Shown here piece after piece: positions 27,230-39,924 of a DNA stretch of 63,872 bases. The DNA comes from Aplysia californica (taxonomy: Eukaryota). Location of the stretch: positions 67,103-130,974 of the forward strand of contig NW_004797471.1 in assembly GCF_000002075.1 (NCBI RefSeq), given 5' to 3'. Position numbers and translations under genes: made by a program. Within the stretch, counting starts at the first letter, position 1. Each line of letters begins with the position of its first letter. Below the pieces are notes generated by a model. The model searched no databases. It had not been told where the DNA came from and saw only the letters and a list, made by a program, of their open reading frames with translations.

Positions 27230-27327
27230 CACCCGTAGCTTGAAATAGAGAAAAATCTGGAGATCACAGGACACCGCTTGTTGACTGTTTACCGTCTGGG
27301 GTCAAAGGGCGTTGCGGCACTGGCTGG
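27230..27327 (+). promoter_or_regulatory. Probable non-coding first exon and promoter region of the FMO gene
   Basis: CpG-containing segment ending in donor G|GTGAGT at 27328. A matching acceptor TTTTCAG ends at 30306, upstream of the ATG at 30420. The start coordinate is approximate. Confidence 0.55.
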
Positions 27328-27913
27328 GTGAGTGGTGTGTGGAAAATAATCGTTTATAGTTTATATAATATCATTTATTTTGTAAAATTGTAAAATCTAG
27401 ATCTAGACCGTATCTGACAGCATGTGAAAAACATTTTATAGCCTAACATTGGTTGACACCAACGTATGCGGACACTGGCGATATGCTAGCTTGGAGTGAA
27501 GTGTAGCGGCGCGCCCTTCACTACACCCTCTGCTCAACACACAGCAGACAATATTATATAATTAAGTCTACTTTCAAAGATTCTTTGGAATCTAGATTCT
27601 AGATCTAGATCGATCTAGAATCTATATATTAGATCTATATTTGAGATCTCTTTCATAATTTGTCTTATTTTTAGACTACTAAAGTTTCCGTTTTAGTAGA
27701 CCAATTAAGACTAGATATACTACTATAGAGACAGAGTTGAAATTTTATACCATAGGCCTAGGCATAGGACCGAGGCCCCGCCCTAAGTCAGATGTGTCAC
27801 AAAGTGAATTTAAGTCAGAATAGTAGAATTGTATTATCTACCATTCCATGTCTAGGCCATGCCATAGTCGCTACAGGTACACATAGATAGGGCTACTGCA
27901 ACTTCAAAACTAA

Positions 27914-27915
<2 letters not shown>

Positions 27916-27977
<62 letters not shown>
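27916..27977. repeat. (TA)n microsatellite, representative of many simple repeats
   Basis: Direct reading. Others: (GA)n 11622-11680, (CA)n 12424-12477, (TG)n 31638-31690, (CAA)n 45657-45702, (TCTG)n 47560-47610, (CT)n 52990-53040, (CAT)n 57104-57140 and (GACA)n 62213-62269. Most N-gaps abut such repeats. Confidence 0.95.
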
Positions 27978-27980
<3 letters not shown>

Positions 27981-29785
27981 GTCATGAGATCAACAGAACA
28001 TGATAATGATAGGCTATCTTAGCTCTATATATTATGTAATATATGTTAATGCCTAGCCTAGATTCTTTATAATTTATATTGGCTATACCCTCTTCAAACT
28101 TCCTACTCCTTTTGGTTTATTATATGGGTCTAAAATCCTAAAGCCAAGGGATTAGGCTGTGCTGTACTGTAAATTGTAAAATATTCCAGGAATGTGAGGG
28201 CCGGAGAGCGGGGTGGCTTTGGATACTTTATTTGGCTCCACCACACGCTTCCAGAACAATTCAAGCCAGAGAAAAAAGGTTTCACGTCTATTGTTAGCCC
28301 TTTGGGCATCGTCATATTATCAGCTTCGCATAGATATGCATCATCTCGTTTTACTGTAGAGTATCATCTGAGGTCCTAGATACCTGAAACCACCCCACTC
28401 TGCAGGAGACATCCAACAAACGTGAGGGAAACCGGACGAGGAGGAGTGATTTCGGAGTGTGTGTTTCCTGTATCAATTGTCATCTTTAAGAAGCAAAACT
28501 TCGACTCAGGATGCTATACTTCTCTACCTTTTGTTTGAGGGTTTGAGGTGTGAAAATGTATTTCACAATCACTGGAAATCATGGAAAATAATTATCCAAC
28601 AATATATGATCTACATAATAAAATACCTTAAACCAGTCCGTTTTGTGCACATTTCTACGTATTGGTCTGAACTCTTCTTTTATCATTGTTTCATGGTTTT
28701 CATGGCTTTCCGTTACATCCTGACGGAGAGGGACGTAATATCTGAGGTCGACCATCCCAACTAACCTGACAGCAATGGTGTTCTGGGAGGCATACCACAA
28801 CCAAATTAATAAAACACCTGAGGGAAACAAAGTGTGCACATTAAAATAATTCAGAATTTTCTTTTTAAAAAGAGCCTCAAGTGTTGCACTTTGTTTGATC
28901 TTTTACTTTTGAAGATGAAATTTAAATGTACTGGAAACTTCTATGAGAATAGAAACATTAACAGATGCCATTTTAAACAGCAAACTTCTAAGGAGCTTTT
29001 TGTCTTCTTTGTTGAGCCTTGAATTGGAGAAGGAAAAACTGTTCTCATTTTTAAAATAGTCGAGTAGATTTCTTCACATTATACACATAACATAAAGGCT
29101 TTGCACAAAGCAAAGGCTATGAATCAATAACAAGTGAATGCATGGCGAGTTTCATATTTTTGTGAACTAAAAGACTTCTTTTCTTTTTGTGGCTGTATGT
29201 GTCCTTGGCATGGTTGCATTCTGGGAAAATTAACAACGACACAAGAATGCATTATTGTAATAGTTCTGATTTCAACAACACTTGCATTAGTCGTTGGTGA
29301 GAGTGTATGAAGTCACCCCACCCCTGTATGAAGTCTCCCTACATGGGGGTTGTGTAGGAAACATGTTCATGAAACAGACATCGTGAAAGCTAGGTTTAAT
29401 TTTACAAAATTGGCACGTAACAACACCCTAAAGCACATATACCTAGTTTTGTGAAAGGGTCGGTGCACTATTATGATATGTAAACCTTACAAACTGAGGT
29501 ATGAAAACTTAGGTACACCCTTGTCAAAAACACAATTTCCTTCACAGCAGATGCAAGGATTATACTCTAGGCTGTGAGACGTCAAAAACACAACAAGCTA
29601 AAACCTCACTTGATATATCATGTGATCCAGTGACAAAGTGTGCACTATCAAGTTTAGCGAGAATTGACTGTCCGAAGTCTCCTCGTGTCCGAGGCCTCCT
29701 GGCTCTCCCCTATTATCATTTAATGTGGCAGGTACTCTTGTCTCCACTTAGACATAGACTGGTGATGAATGATGTAGACATATGA

Positions 29786-30150
29786 ATATGAGGTACCTTG
29801 GTGAAATCAGACGCTTGTCAAAATAAGGAAAACAAAGAAACTGGTATTTTCCTGACCATTGGGCAAAATTAAAAATTTTGTTTTCCATATTTGGCTCGAA
29901 ACCTCTTATGTCCACATTTAAATCATATTCTGTGTGGATTTTACTTTATAATATGGCACATGAAAGTAAATTTGCAGTTTTCAAGGACACTAGAGCATTT
30001 GAATTCACCTGTCTTTAGCTGCCATTTTCATGCCAATTTTACTTCTGACACCAGGCTGCCCCCAGCTTTTTCATTCGCAAAAATCTCGACTTCTGTTCAA
30101 GATAGATCATGGTGGGTAATTTTTTCATGAAAAGTAAGACAATCTTTAGT
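29786..30150 (-). mobile_element. Family A TIR element, partial and diverged
   Basis: ggtgaaatcagacgcttgtcaaaata ... atctcgacttctgttcaagata matches the family in reverse. Confidence 0.7.
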
Positions 30151-30215
30151 GTGAAGCAGTGGGAAAAAGATTGGTTCAGTTTTATTGATTTTTTGGAACG
30201 TCCAAGGGGTTGGGT

Positions 30216-30246
<31 letters not shown>

Positions 30247-30419
30247 GAGACATTTGATAAAACTTGGCTTTTGTTTTATATTTTCTCTATTTGTTTTTTT
30301 TTTCAGGTTTTTGCATTATAAGGACTGAGCTATAAGAAGGGAAAGATTCAAGAAGTTTAAGAACTTCTTTTTATCCTGTTCATAGTGTAGTCTGATCTCT
30401 CCTTTTTGCCTGCTAAAAG

Positions 30420-31634
30420 ATGGCAGCGTCCGCAAAGAAAGTTGCAATAATCGGAGCTGGGGCCAGCGGCATCACAGCCATTAAGTGTTGTCTGGACGAA
30501 GGTCTGGAGCCGGTGTGCTTGGAGCGGTCAGAGGAGGTTGGTGGATTGTGGCGTTACACCGACACGCCTGTAGAGGGTCAGGGGTGTGTGATGAAGTCGA
30601 CAGTGATCAACACCAGCAAGGAGATGATGGCCTACAGTGACTACCCCATCCCAGAGAAGTGCTCAAACTTCATGCACAATACAGAGGTATGCACAGTTCA
30701 TGTATATTTACTTCCTACCTCCACGCTCATATATATGTTTGTTTTGTTTTATTAGAGGTTTTATGGCGCTCTCAACTGCAAAAGGTCGTATGTATATTAT
30801 TGCATTCCAAAAAGTAAAAAGAAAGAGAGAGTAAAAAAGTGAAAGCAATTAGATATCTTTGATTTACACACAGTAGGATTTTTTTCTTTCCAAAGATGTG
30901 TAAATAGATATATTCTCAGAGAAAGGTTGTGTCTCTGTATGATGTGTTCCTGATGATTTCTTGGTGGGCTGTAGCTGTCAAGCCAATTAGAATTGATTTG
31001 GGATAATTTTATTGTTGGAGGTCCAGTTGAGGCCTCCTTTCTTAAAGTTAAGATTGTCTTAAGTGCTTGATATCATGGATACTCCCATGTTGGCTCAACA
31101 GAGAATGGAGACACCTTAAATGCATAATAGGTCAAGTAAAATCCAATGGAGCCTTCAACTAAACATTTACTAATTTAATTGTTTTGATTACTGTAAGCTC
31201 AGAATAGCCAGTATGGCCTTTTGAGAATGTGTTGTCAATATGTAACGTTAATGAAGCTGAACCTTTCTCCTTGTTTTTGTGTGTGTGTGTTGGTCTGCAG
31301 GTCTTTGAGTACTTCAAAGATTACGTGGAGCACTTTGGTTTGAGAAAGCACATCCGATTCAACACGTCTGTGCTCTCTGTGAAGAAGACCGAAAATTTCC
31401 CCGTCTCGGGACAGTGGGAAGTGAGGAGTAAAGATGACAAGAGTGGGGAGGAGAAGACAGAAGTTTTTGATGGTGTTTTAGTCTGCTCCGGTCACCACGC
31501 TGACAAGTATGTTCCCACCTTCCCTGGATTGAGTGACTTTAAAGGAAAGGTAAAAACGTTTATTTGGGTTTGGTGAGATGTTTGTTTTTGGGCTTGGTGA
31601 CTTGAAAGGAAAAGTGAAAAATATCTGGAAAAAT

Positions 31635-31694
<60 letters not shown>

Positions 31695-34600
31695 GTCCTA
31701 GGTACTCCAATCTGCTTTTTCCATCTTTTGCAAGTTTCTTTCCCATAAAGTTCTACATGATATCATTATGGCTATGTGTTGACTGTCTCTTAACTCAAAC
31801 TGATTAGTCGATTGTAATGTGTTCCAACTGTATTATTATCATTAATATCATCATCTTCATCATCATTGCTGTTGTTATCATCATCGCTGTCGTCATCATC
31901 CTTATTCTTGTAAGTGCAATAAATAAAATAAAAAATTGGTGGAGACCTGAGGATTTCAAGTTTGTTAACATTATAGAAAATGTTAAACATTTCACCCTTA
32001 TGGGCGTCTTCAAGAATGTGATAAAAATACAATGTTTTCTTCCTTCGGTTCCAGTTTATTGAGAAATTTTGGATGCCTTTTTGTTTTTATTTATAAAGGT
32101 TGTTCACAGCCATGACTACAAAGTTCCTGATGAGTTTGCTGATAAGCGAGTGGTCATAATTGGCATTGGCAACTCTGGAGGAGACATTGCGGTGGAGCTC
32201 AGTCGCAGATCCAAGCAGGTGAGAACGAAAATAATTTGTGAGGCAGCACGGCGGAATCAGGCTCTCATCAATTTTTGGGCATGTAGAGTTATTGGTATCA
32301 TCTTAAAGCTTGTTCTCTTGTCTTTATTCGGATGAAAATAATATCCATTTGTCTTGAATACAAGTCGAGATATTTACGAAAGAAGGAGGTGGGGGTCACC
32401 TGCTTTCAGAGGTAAATTAGTGATAAAATGGCCGCCAAAGATTAGTTATTTCCTTAGAGTAAGAGTCCGTGGTAACTGAAAATTTACATTTTTTGTGCCT
32501 TTTATCATCGTTTTTCAGAAAAATCCTCTCAGAAACGAGTTCTTTAATGGGCATAAATGGTGTTGAGCCAAAAAACAAAAATTTTATAAAAATTCACAAA
32601 CCTGCGGAAAAATGCAAGTTTCTTCACTTGGATTATTTAGACGAGAGCCTGATTCCACCATGTTGCCTCACATTTGAATTCTCTTACATAGTCATAGAAA
32701 ACTCACTCGACTTTCATCATGACTTCTTTTGCCTGTCAATTCATTCTGATATATCCCCACAGACACATACACTGTTGCAGCTTGTTAGGCATGCAGCCAT
32801 CATTTGCATATTCTCTTTGCCTATCTACCAGCTGAATGAACTGAGAAAAATGAGATAGAGAATCTTTCCTAATAATACAAGGTTTTACCCTACCAAACTT
32901 GGTAGTGAACCTACTATCATTTGATGCATGTCCAACACCTTACCTTTAGACTAGGATGTTAACTAAGGGAATATTCCAGAAATTCAATAAATCCTGCTCT
33001 AATTGCCAGCTGTCCAAGACAATCGCCTGTACAAACAACCGCTTCCCATAACCCCCCCCCCCCCCCCCCCCCCCTGTGTGTTATTAAAAATGTTATAATG
33101 ACACTGGCCAAGATGTCCACCTGTTTAAGACAGCTACTGCTCACCTTGATAATGATGATGTGGCAGTCTTGGACATTTTTGATGGGGACTGCAGTTACAA
33201 CAACAATAACAACAACAGCTATAACAACAACAACAACATGTGTGGCTTTTCCTCCACAGGTCTTCTTGAGCACCCGCCGGGGCACGTGGATCTTGCACCG
33301 AGTTGCTCCTCAAGGGAAGCCACTGGATATGGTTGCCTTGAACCGCTTTGTCATGTTTTTGATTCAGACGTTCCCCACACTTTTTGGAATGATATTAGAG
33401 TATCAACTAAACCAGAAGATTGACCACAAGCTCTACAGGTGAGCGGGTCGACTCTTACTGTTAGCATAAATATTCTAAAGCACTTGCAACACAATTGAAG
33501 ACCGGAAAACAAGACTGTGCTTAAGTCCAGAATGGCTAAAATTGATTTCTTAGCATCTGTAAATGGAGAAGATTTTCCCTTATCTTATGATAGTGCACAT
33601 ATGACACTCTACTGTTAATGGTATAGTGAAAAGAAAGGAAAAACTGCAGCGTATTCTAAAGCAAATATATGAGGCATCATGTTGAAATCAGGCGCTCGTC
33701 AAATTAAAGAAATCAGAGAAATCAATATTTTTCCTCCGATTTGGCAATTTTTTATGAATTTTTGTTTTTTGGCTCGACAACATTCATGTCCATGTCCATT
33801 TAAAAGCACATTTCTGTATGGGTTTTGCAGAAAAACATTGATTAAAGGCACAAAAAATGTTCCATCGCGTTGTGACACATCTGGTCCTTTGTTTTTGCTG
33901 TTTTTCCCTGTTCAGAAAAAGTTGACTCGTGCACAGACTTCTTCTCTGGTCTTCAATTAGGTCACATAAGTTCCAAAGATTAGAAGTGTTTCTACTAGGG
34001 AGTAACAATAAAAAGAAGAAGTGATAATAACATTAGATGGATTGACTCTGTGAGCAACTTGTTTGTCGTAATTTGTGGAGAATATTTTATAAGGTCAATC
34101 TATGTTGTATGGCGGTGAATGCTACATCTCCAACAGAAAGATAGATACTTGAACTCATGCTCTTTGCATGCTAAACAAACAGCCTAACTATTGCACAGCT
34201 GTGCCACTCTAGTAGTATGTAGCACATCGCAGTTGGCTAAAATGCAATATGTTTCACTCTTTCATAAGGAAAAAAAAAAGTTGATTTGGGAGTAGACGCT
34301 ATCACATTTCTGTTTTAGAATTTATCTCTTCATCCTAAACTAAACTCTTTATCAGAGTTCTGTGATGATTGTTTGTTATGTGTTTCCCTTTGATAAGAAT
34401 GTGAAGAAAATTAGATACCAGAGAGATGATCTTTAATTAAGCTTTTGTTCCCTCCCTTCTTTGGGTTTTTTATGGAGGACACCCCCCCCCCCCTCCCTGC
34501 CTTTTACATTCCCAATCCCAACCCTCTCCTAGGTGCTTGAGTAAAAAAATGATCTATTGGATTCTAAGCAGTTGTCTAGGTTAGCTCCACGCCATGTTGT

Positions 34601-37600
34601 GAGGTATTTGTGTCTGGTTTTAGATCAGGAAGAGGGAGTTTATGCCCTTTGTTGTAAAATGTTTTGTTTGTTTGTTTTGAATGTAGTATTTAAAATAAGT
34701 GCTTGTCAAAATCAAAATTTGCTTTTGTTTGAATTTTTTTTTTCACTCATTACTTTCCTCTTCCATCAGCCTGAGACCAAGCTATGGACCTGCTGCACAG
34801 CACCCGTTGGTCAACGATGACATGCCAAACCGTATCATCTGCGGCAGCATTAAAATCAAAACTGACATCAAACGGTTCACGGCCACCGGCGTGGAGTTTG
34901 TGGATGGAACCTCTGAAGAGGACATCGATGCAGTCATCCTGGCTACAGGGTACTCGTTCGGGTTTCCCTTCATTGACAAAGAGGTGAGGGTTGTAGAATA
35001 CTGTACAAGAGGAAGGGGACATCACGTTTAAAGTATTGCTGTTTTGGAGAGGAAAGATAAAAAAAAAGAGGAAGAAATGAATGAGTGAGTGTGTGTGTGA
35101 GAGAGACATTGAGAGGGACAGAGAAATTAAGAAAAAGGTTTATAGAAATGGAGAAGAATGAGAGAGGGAGAAAGAGAGAGAGTGAATCAGAGAAAAGAGG
35201 AGAAAAATGTTAGTGTGCATGTGTGCTCTAGTGTAAGAGTTTGAGAGAAATTAAGTGTAAGAGTGAAGGGGGAAAATGAAATGATTGTGAGAGTGAGAGA
35301 GAAACTTATTCATTTTGATATATGTGAGGCAGCGTGGTGGAATCAGGCTCTCGTCAATTTTTAGGCATGTAGAGTTATTGGTGTAATCGTAAAGCTTGTT
35401 TACTTGTCCTTATTTAGATGGAAAAAATATCCATTTATCTTGAACACGAGTCGAGATATTTGCAAATGAAGGAGGTAGGGGTCACCTGTTTCAGAGGCAA
35501 AATTAGTGAGAAAATGGCTGCCAAAGATTCGTTATTTCCTTAGCTTAAGAGTCCGTGGTAGCTGAAAATTTACATTTTTTGTACCTTTAATCAACGTTTT
35601 TCAGAAAAAGCCACACAGAAATGAGTTCTTTAATGGGCATGAAAGGTGTTGAACCGAAAAACAAAAATTTGATAAAAATACACAAACCTGCAGAAAAATG
35701 CTAGTTTCTTCACTTTGATTATTTTGACGAGAGCCTGATTCCACCACGTTGCCTCACATATTTGATACATAATTGAGGTTCATAGGATGATATTTTGCAG
35801 CCCCCTTTTTATATCAAAGTTAAGTGTTTGTGCAGCCCAAGTTTGGTAAAATTTTGAGAGCAATGTACCTCACCTTACCAGAGATTTCTAGAACGTCCAA
35901 TCGAAATATGAACCTTTTTTGGAAGCACATATCTGTATGAAAGCTCTTCTACACCATGAAACTGATTAAGTCAGAGTACAGAATCAAACTGATGAGCATT
36001 TTCAAGCCATACCAAGGTCCTCACCTGCTTCCTCCTCAAGCCAAATGTGGCCAAGTTGTGCAAGTGGAAGAGCTGCCTTCATATTTGGCAGCAAGAAGTA
36101 GATAGCAGAAGCTGATGCTCTGGAGAACCGCTCATGTTTTGAACTGCTATTAATACAGATTGACAAGATTAGATTATTTGTACTTTATAAAAAATACTTG
36201 AAGCCTTATTTTGACAGAATATTTGATGCCGCTCAGGCTCCCCCAGACTTTTCCTCCGGGATAATTTGAGGGCAAAGCTTCTGCTGTGCATAAATTAAAG
36301 AGCAGTACAGAAATGTCAGACTTTATTCTAGCATGCTCACAGATAAATCGGAGGGACCTGGAAATCTTTTCATTATGTATGAATATCACTGTGTACGTGT
36401 TTTAAACACAAAGAATATACGTATATAAGAAAAAAAAATGCGGGACCTGAATATCTGTTCACTATTGGGCCCCCACCTTGCACCTTGGCAGTCTAGTGAC
36501 TTTTTGTAGCTCTTAAGCTTATTTTAATCACTCTTTGTTTTGTTTTTGTCAAGCTTTTTTATTCTGTTTCCCCCAGGTTATTGATGTTCAAGAGAACCGT
36601 GTGCAGTTGTTCAAGTACATGTACCCACCCGACCTTGAGAGGCCGACTTTGGCTGTGATTGGCTGTTTTCAGCCACTGGGGGCAATCATGCCCATCAGTG
36701 AAATGCAGTGCCGTGTAGCCACAAGGGTCATTAAGGTAATTGGATTGTTATATAGCTGTCTGTGTGATGAAAGGTATACAAGACTTTGAACAACTCCTGT
36801 GCCCGTAATATAGCGCCCAGTGTGTTTTTCCACAATGCCAGGGTTGTTTATTCAGATTGATTTTGGCTTATATTGAAAATTTATAATAATGATAACGATA
36901 ATAATAGTAATAAATAGCCTTTATGCTGTGTATTTCCATTTTCTAAAAAAGCTCAATGGGCATTACATTCAAAGAGATATTACAGTTTAATATAGTATAA
37001 GTAAAGAAATTGATGATTTTTCACCATATGTAGTCACTATGTCAGCTTTTCACTTTTTCAGGATGGTCATTATGACAGGGTTGAGTCAGGGCTATAGCCA
37101 GTTTACTTCAACTCAATGAAAAATGTTTTTTCATATGTTTTTCAGGGTGAGGCGTTTCTCCCACCAAAGAGTGAGATGTGGGAAGACATTCGAGCGAAAG
37201 AAGCGGAGATGGCCAAGCGCTACACCAAGTCTCGGAGACACACCATCCAGGTGAACTACTCTCCCTTCATGGACGAGCTAGGGGAGATCATCGGATGTAA
37301 ACCAGACCTTTGTAAGTTTTTGGCTATAGATTTGGAGGTCTGTCTTATACTTTCTGCGCTCAAAAGGCACTTTTGTTGATTTTGAATTTTTAAACTTTTT
37401 AAATTGATGTCCTTGAGGCGAAGAATAATTTAGTTGACTACCCGAGCAAATTCAGACATTGATTCCTAGTTAAGATATCAGGAAAAAAACAACCACTTCT
37501 GTTCAGTATAAATGATTAATGAGTGTGCTGTCAGAAAACCTATGTGGCTGCCTGATGTGTGTTAGGTCAGTTGTCATGAGGGAAAAAATCCTTCCTCCTT

Positions 37601-38974
37601 AGTGTGATGGAACTGGATTCAACTAGAGTTCATTTCAATTAAGGTATTTGAGTGCTAAAAGAAGTAGACCAACTGGAAGCTAAAGGGGCACAATTAGGGA
37701 TGAGGCTATCACCCAGGGCCTGGATGTGTAGAGATTGGAGAAGGTAGCCAGGGACAGGCAAGCATGGTGTCGACTGCTCTCCGCTTTATGTATCTGACGA
37801 TATAGGAAGAGAGTAAGTAAATATTTGAGTGCTTTGGCCACTCTAGTAGTAAGTGCTGGTAGTTTGATGCTCTTGCTCTCAGATGGTTTTGTAACAATAG
37901 AGGTTTTGATTATTTGATCTGTCTAATCATTTGAGGGGGCTCCGTTCGCTCAGTTGGTATTATGTTGGATTACGGAGTTGATGGTCCAGGTTCAAATCAC
38001 AAACTAGGCATTCTTGAACTCAGGCCGGTTTGTGGAGTTTTCAAGGCTCTCAATGCATTTGACTCTGTCGTATTGGAGATGGACATTTAATTCAGAGGTC
38101 CCACCTCTGAAATAACCTCATAGTGTTGATAAGGGCATTAAAGCCATACATTTACTTACTAATCATTCAAACATTAAAATAAAATGGTAGCAAGAATTTT
38201 AAAGATAGTAAGAGAAAATAATCAAATGAGTGGTCACTAATCACTCTTCTCTGACCATTCTCGTTAAGTTGCAACATTCAGGACACACCGGCTGTTGACA
38301 GCAACAACTTTGAAAGGGTGATAAACAAATAAACAATGAGCCCCCCAACCAAGTTCATGGGCTGTACAAAGTACATTGCTCTTCAAACGATATATGGATA
38401 ACAATTCATGCACTCCCTCTAATGCACACATTCCCATGTTCACCTTCTAGCACAAACAAATACACTCTCTCACACTCACACACAAACACACACACTCTCT
38501 CTTTCTGACACACACAGACAGATGTACTTACACACATTCACAGAGATGTGTAACTGATCAGTATTGTAGATTGTTTCCATCACAGTCCTGCCTGAGTGTA
38601 AAGTCAGACTGAGACAAATACACAAATTGTAGCTATCATGATGTGCAGACAAAGGGAAAAAGGGAACAACTAAGATGAGCGAGTAAAACAGCAAAATATA
38701 TTTCTGTTTTCCAGACCAGCTCTTCCGTCATGATCCAGTGCTTGGCTTCAAGGTAGCGTTTGGCCCCATAACGCCGTACCAGTACCGTCTGAAGGGCCCG
38801 TTGGCGTGGAAAGGTGCGCGGAAAGCCATCATGACTCAGTGGGATCGGGTCAGTGCCCCACTGAAGACACGACCACTACCAATTCCAGACTCCGGGACAG
38901 GCAACAACCGTCAGTTGATGATGATCGGAGTACTTATACTGCTGGTGTTTATCTTCCGATATCTATTTTTATAA
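30420..38974 (+). CDS. FMO5: Flavin-containing monooxygenase (dimethylaniline monooxygenase, FMO5-like), 537 aa, 8 coding exons
   Basis: Exons 30420-30686, 31301-31549, 32099-32218, 33260-33438, 34770-34983, 36577-36735, 37146-37311 and 38715-38974 total 1614 nt in frame. Motifs: FAD-binding GAGASG, GGLW, NTSKEMM, FMO fingerprint FKGK|VVHSHDY, NADPH-binding GIGNSG, LATGY and a C-terminal hydrophobic anchor ([14 protein letters not shown]). The family call is firm; the FMO5 label is approximate for an invertebrate. Confidence 0.93.
32235..32674 (+). mobile_element. Family A TIR element, full-length copy in an FMO intron
   Basis: Co-linear with 35321-35760 throughout; starts about 16 nt after the donor at 32219. 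Confidence 0.85.
33668..33860 (-). mobile_element. Family A TIR element, partial
   Basis: tatgaggcatcatgttgaaatcaggcgctcgtcaaa ... ttgattaaaggcacaaaaaatgt. Confidence 0.7.
35321..35760 (+). mobile_element. ~440-bp non-autonomous TIR element (family A), full-length copy in an FMO intron
   Basis: TIR TATGTGAGGCAGCGTGGTGGAATCAGGCTCTCGTCAA with a near-perfect inverse at 35724-35760. TTTGATA occurs on both flanks. Homologous to six other copies in the window. Confidence 0.85.
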
Positions 38975-39924
38975 GAACTGTCTGGACACGTGGCCTTTAG
39001 TGTGGTCTGATGGTTCTGAATTTGTCTGTAATGTGTCAGCAGCTATATTTTTCACTGATCATTGTGCTTGCTCACTTTTGTATGATTTCTACCAAAGGAA
39101 GAGGTTAGTTCGAAAGGGAGGCTAACAGGTAATTTTTTGAAAAAAATGCGACAAAGAGTTTTCAACATTTTGGATTGGGCACAGGGACATAAAAATATCC
39201 CAATATTTTTTTTGCTCGAAAGGTTTCTCTGTTTCACTTATAATAATATACTTTACTGGATATAGAATGTGGGCTTTGAATTCTGATGACACAATTATAC
39301 ATTTTTTTCCTTATTAGCCCCACATCCCTTAATTTGAACCAACCCTGTGAAAATACGCTTGGAGAGACTAAGATTTTAGAATATTCCAAATCTTACGCAC
39401 TTTGTTACATTCAGCCAACAAGTTTTTATGTCAAGGTTCTCCATTGTGGTAATTCTTCAGATTTCTGGACCTCAAGAGGAATGATTGAGTTTGGACATTT
39501 TTACATTTTCTTTGTATTAAAGCTGCACTCAGGTAGTAATGATAAATATGTTGGTGATAAATGGACAACTCAATATTTTGACTGTACATTTCTATTTCTA
39601 TCTGCGAAGACATATAAAGTGTATAAAATGGGCATTTTATTCTGATATCGAGCGAGAAGTTGCTATCTCATGACATTTTTTTCAAAGATGTATTTTTTAA
39701 GAACTTACATCTAACTTGCTAACAATAATACAAGCAGCAGCTATTCTGAATCTTTTCCGAAGGGTATTTTGTTATAACATAGATTTCACTGGCTTTGTGA
39801 TTTCAGGGTGCTTGTTTTGATTTATTTTATTATGTTGTAGAATCTGAGGAGGAAAGTTGTTTTGGACAAGGTTTGGGTTATACTAGATGCAATGAACCAA
39901 TGTGTAGGCATGTTTTGTGTGTTA

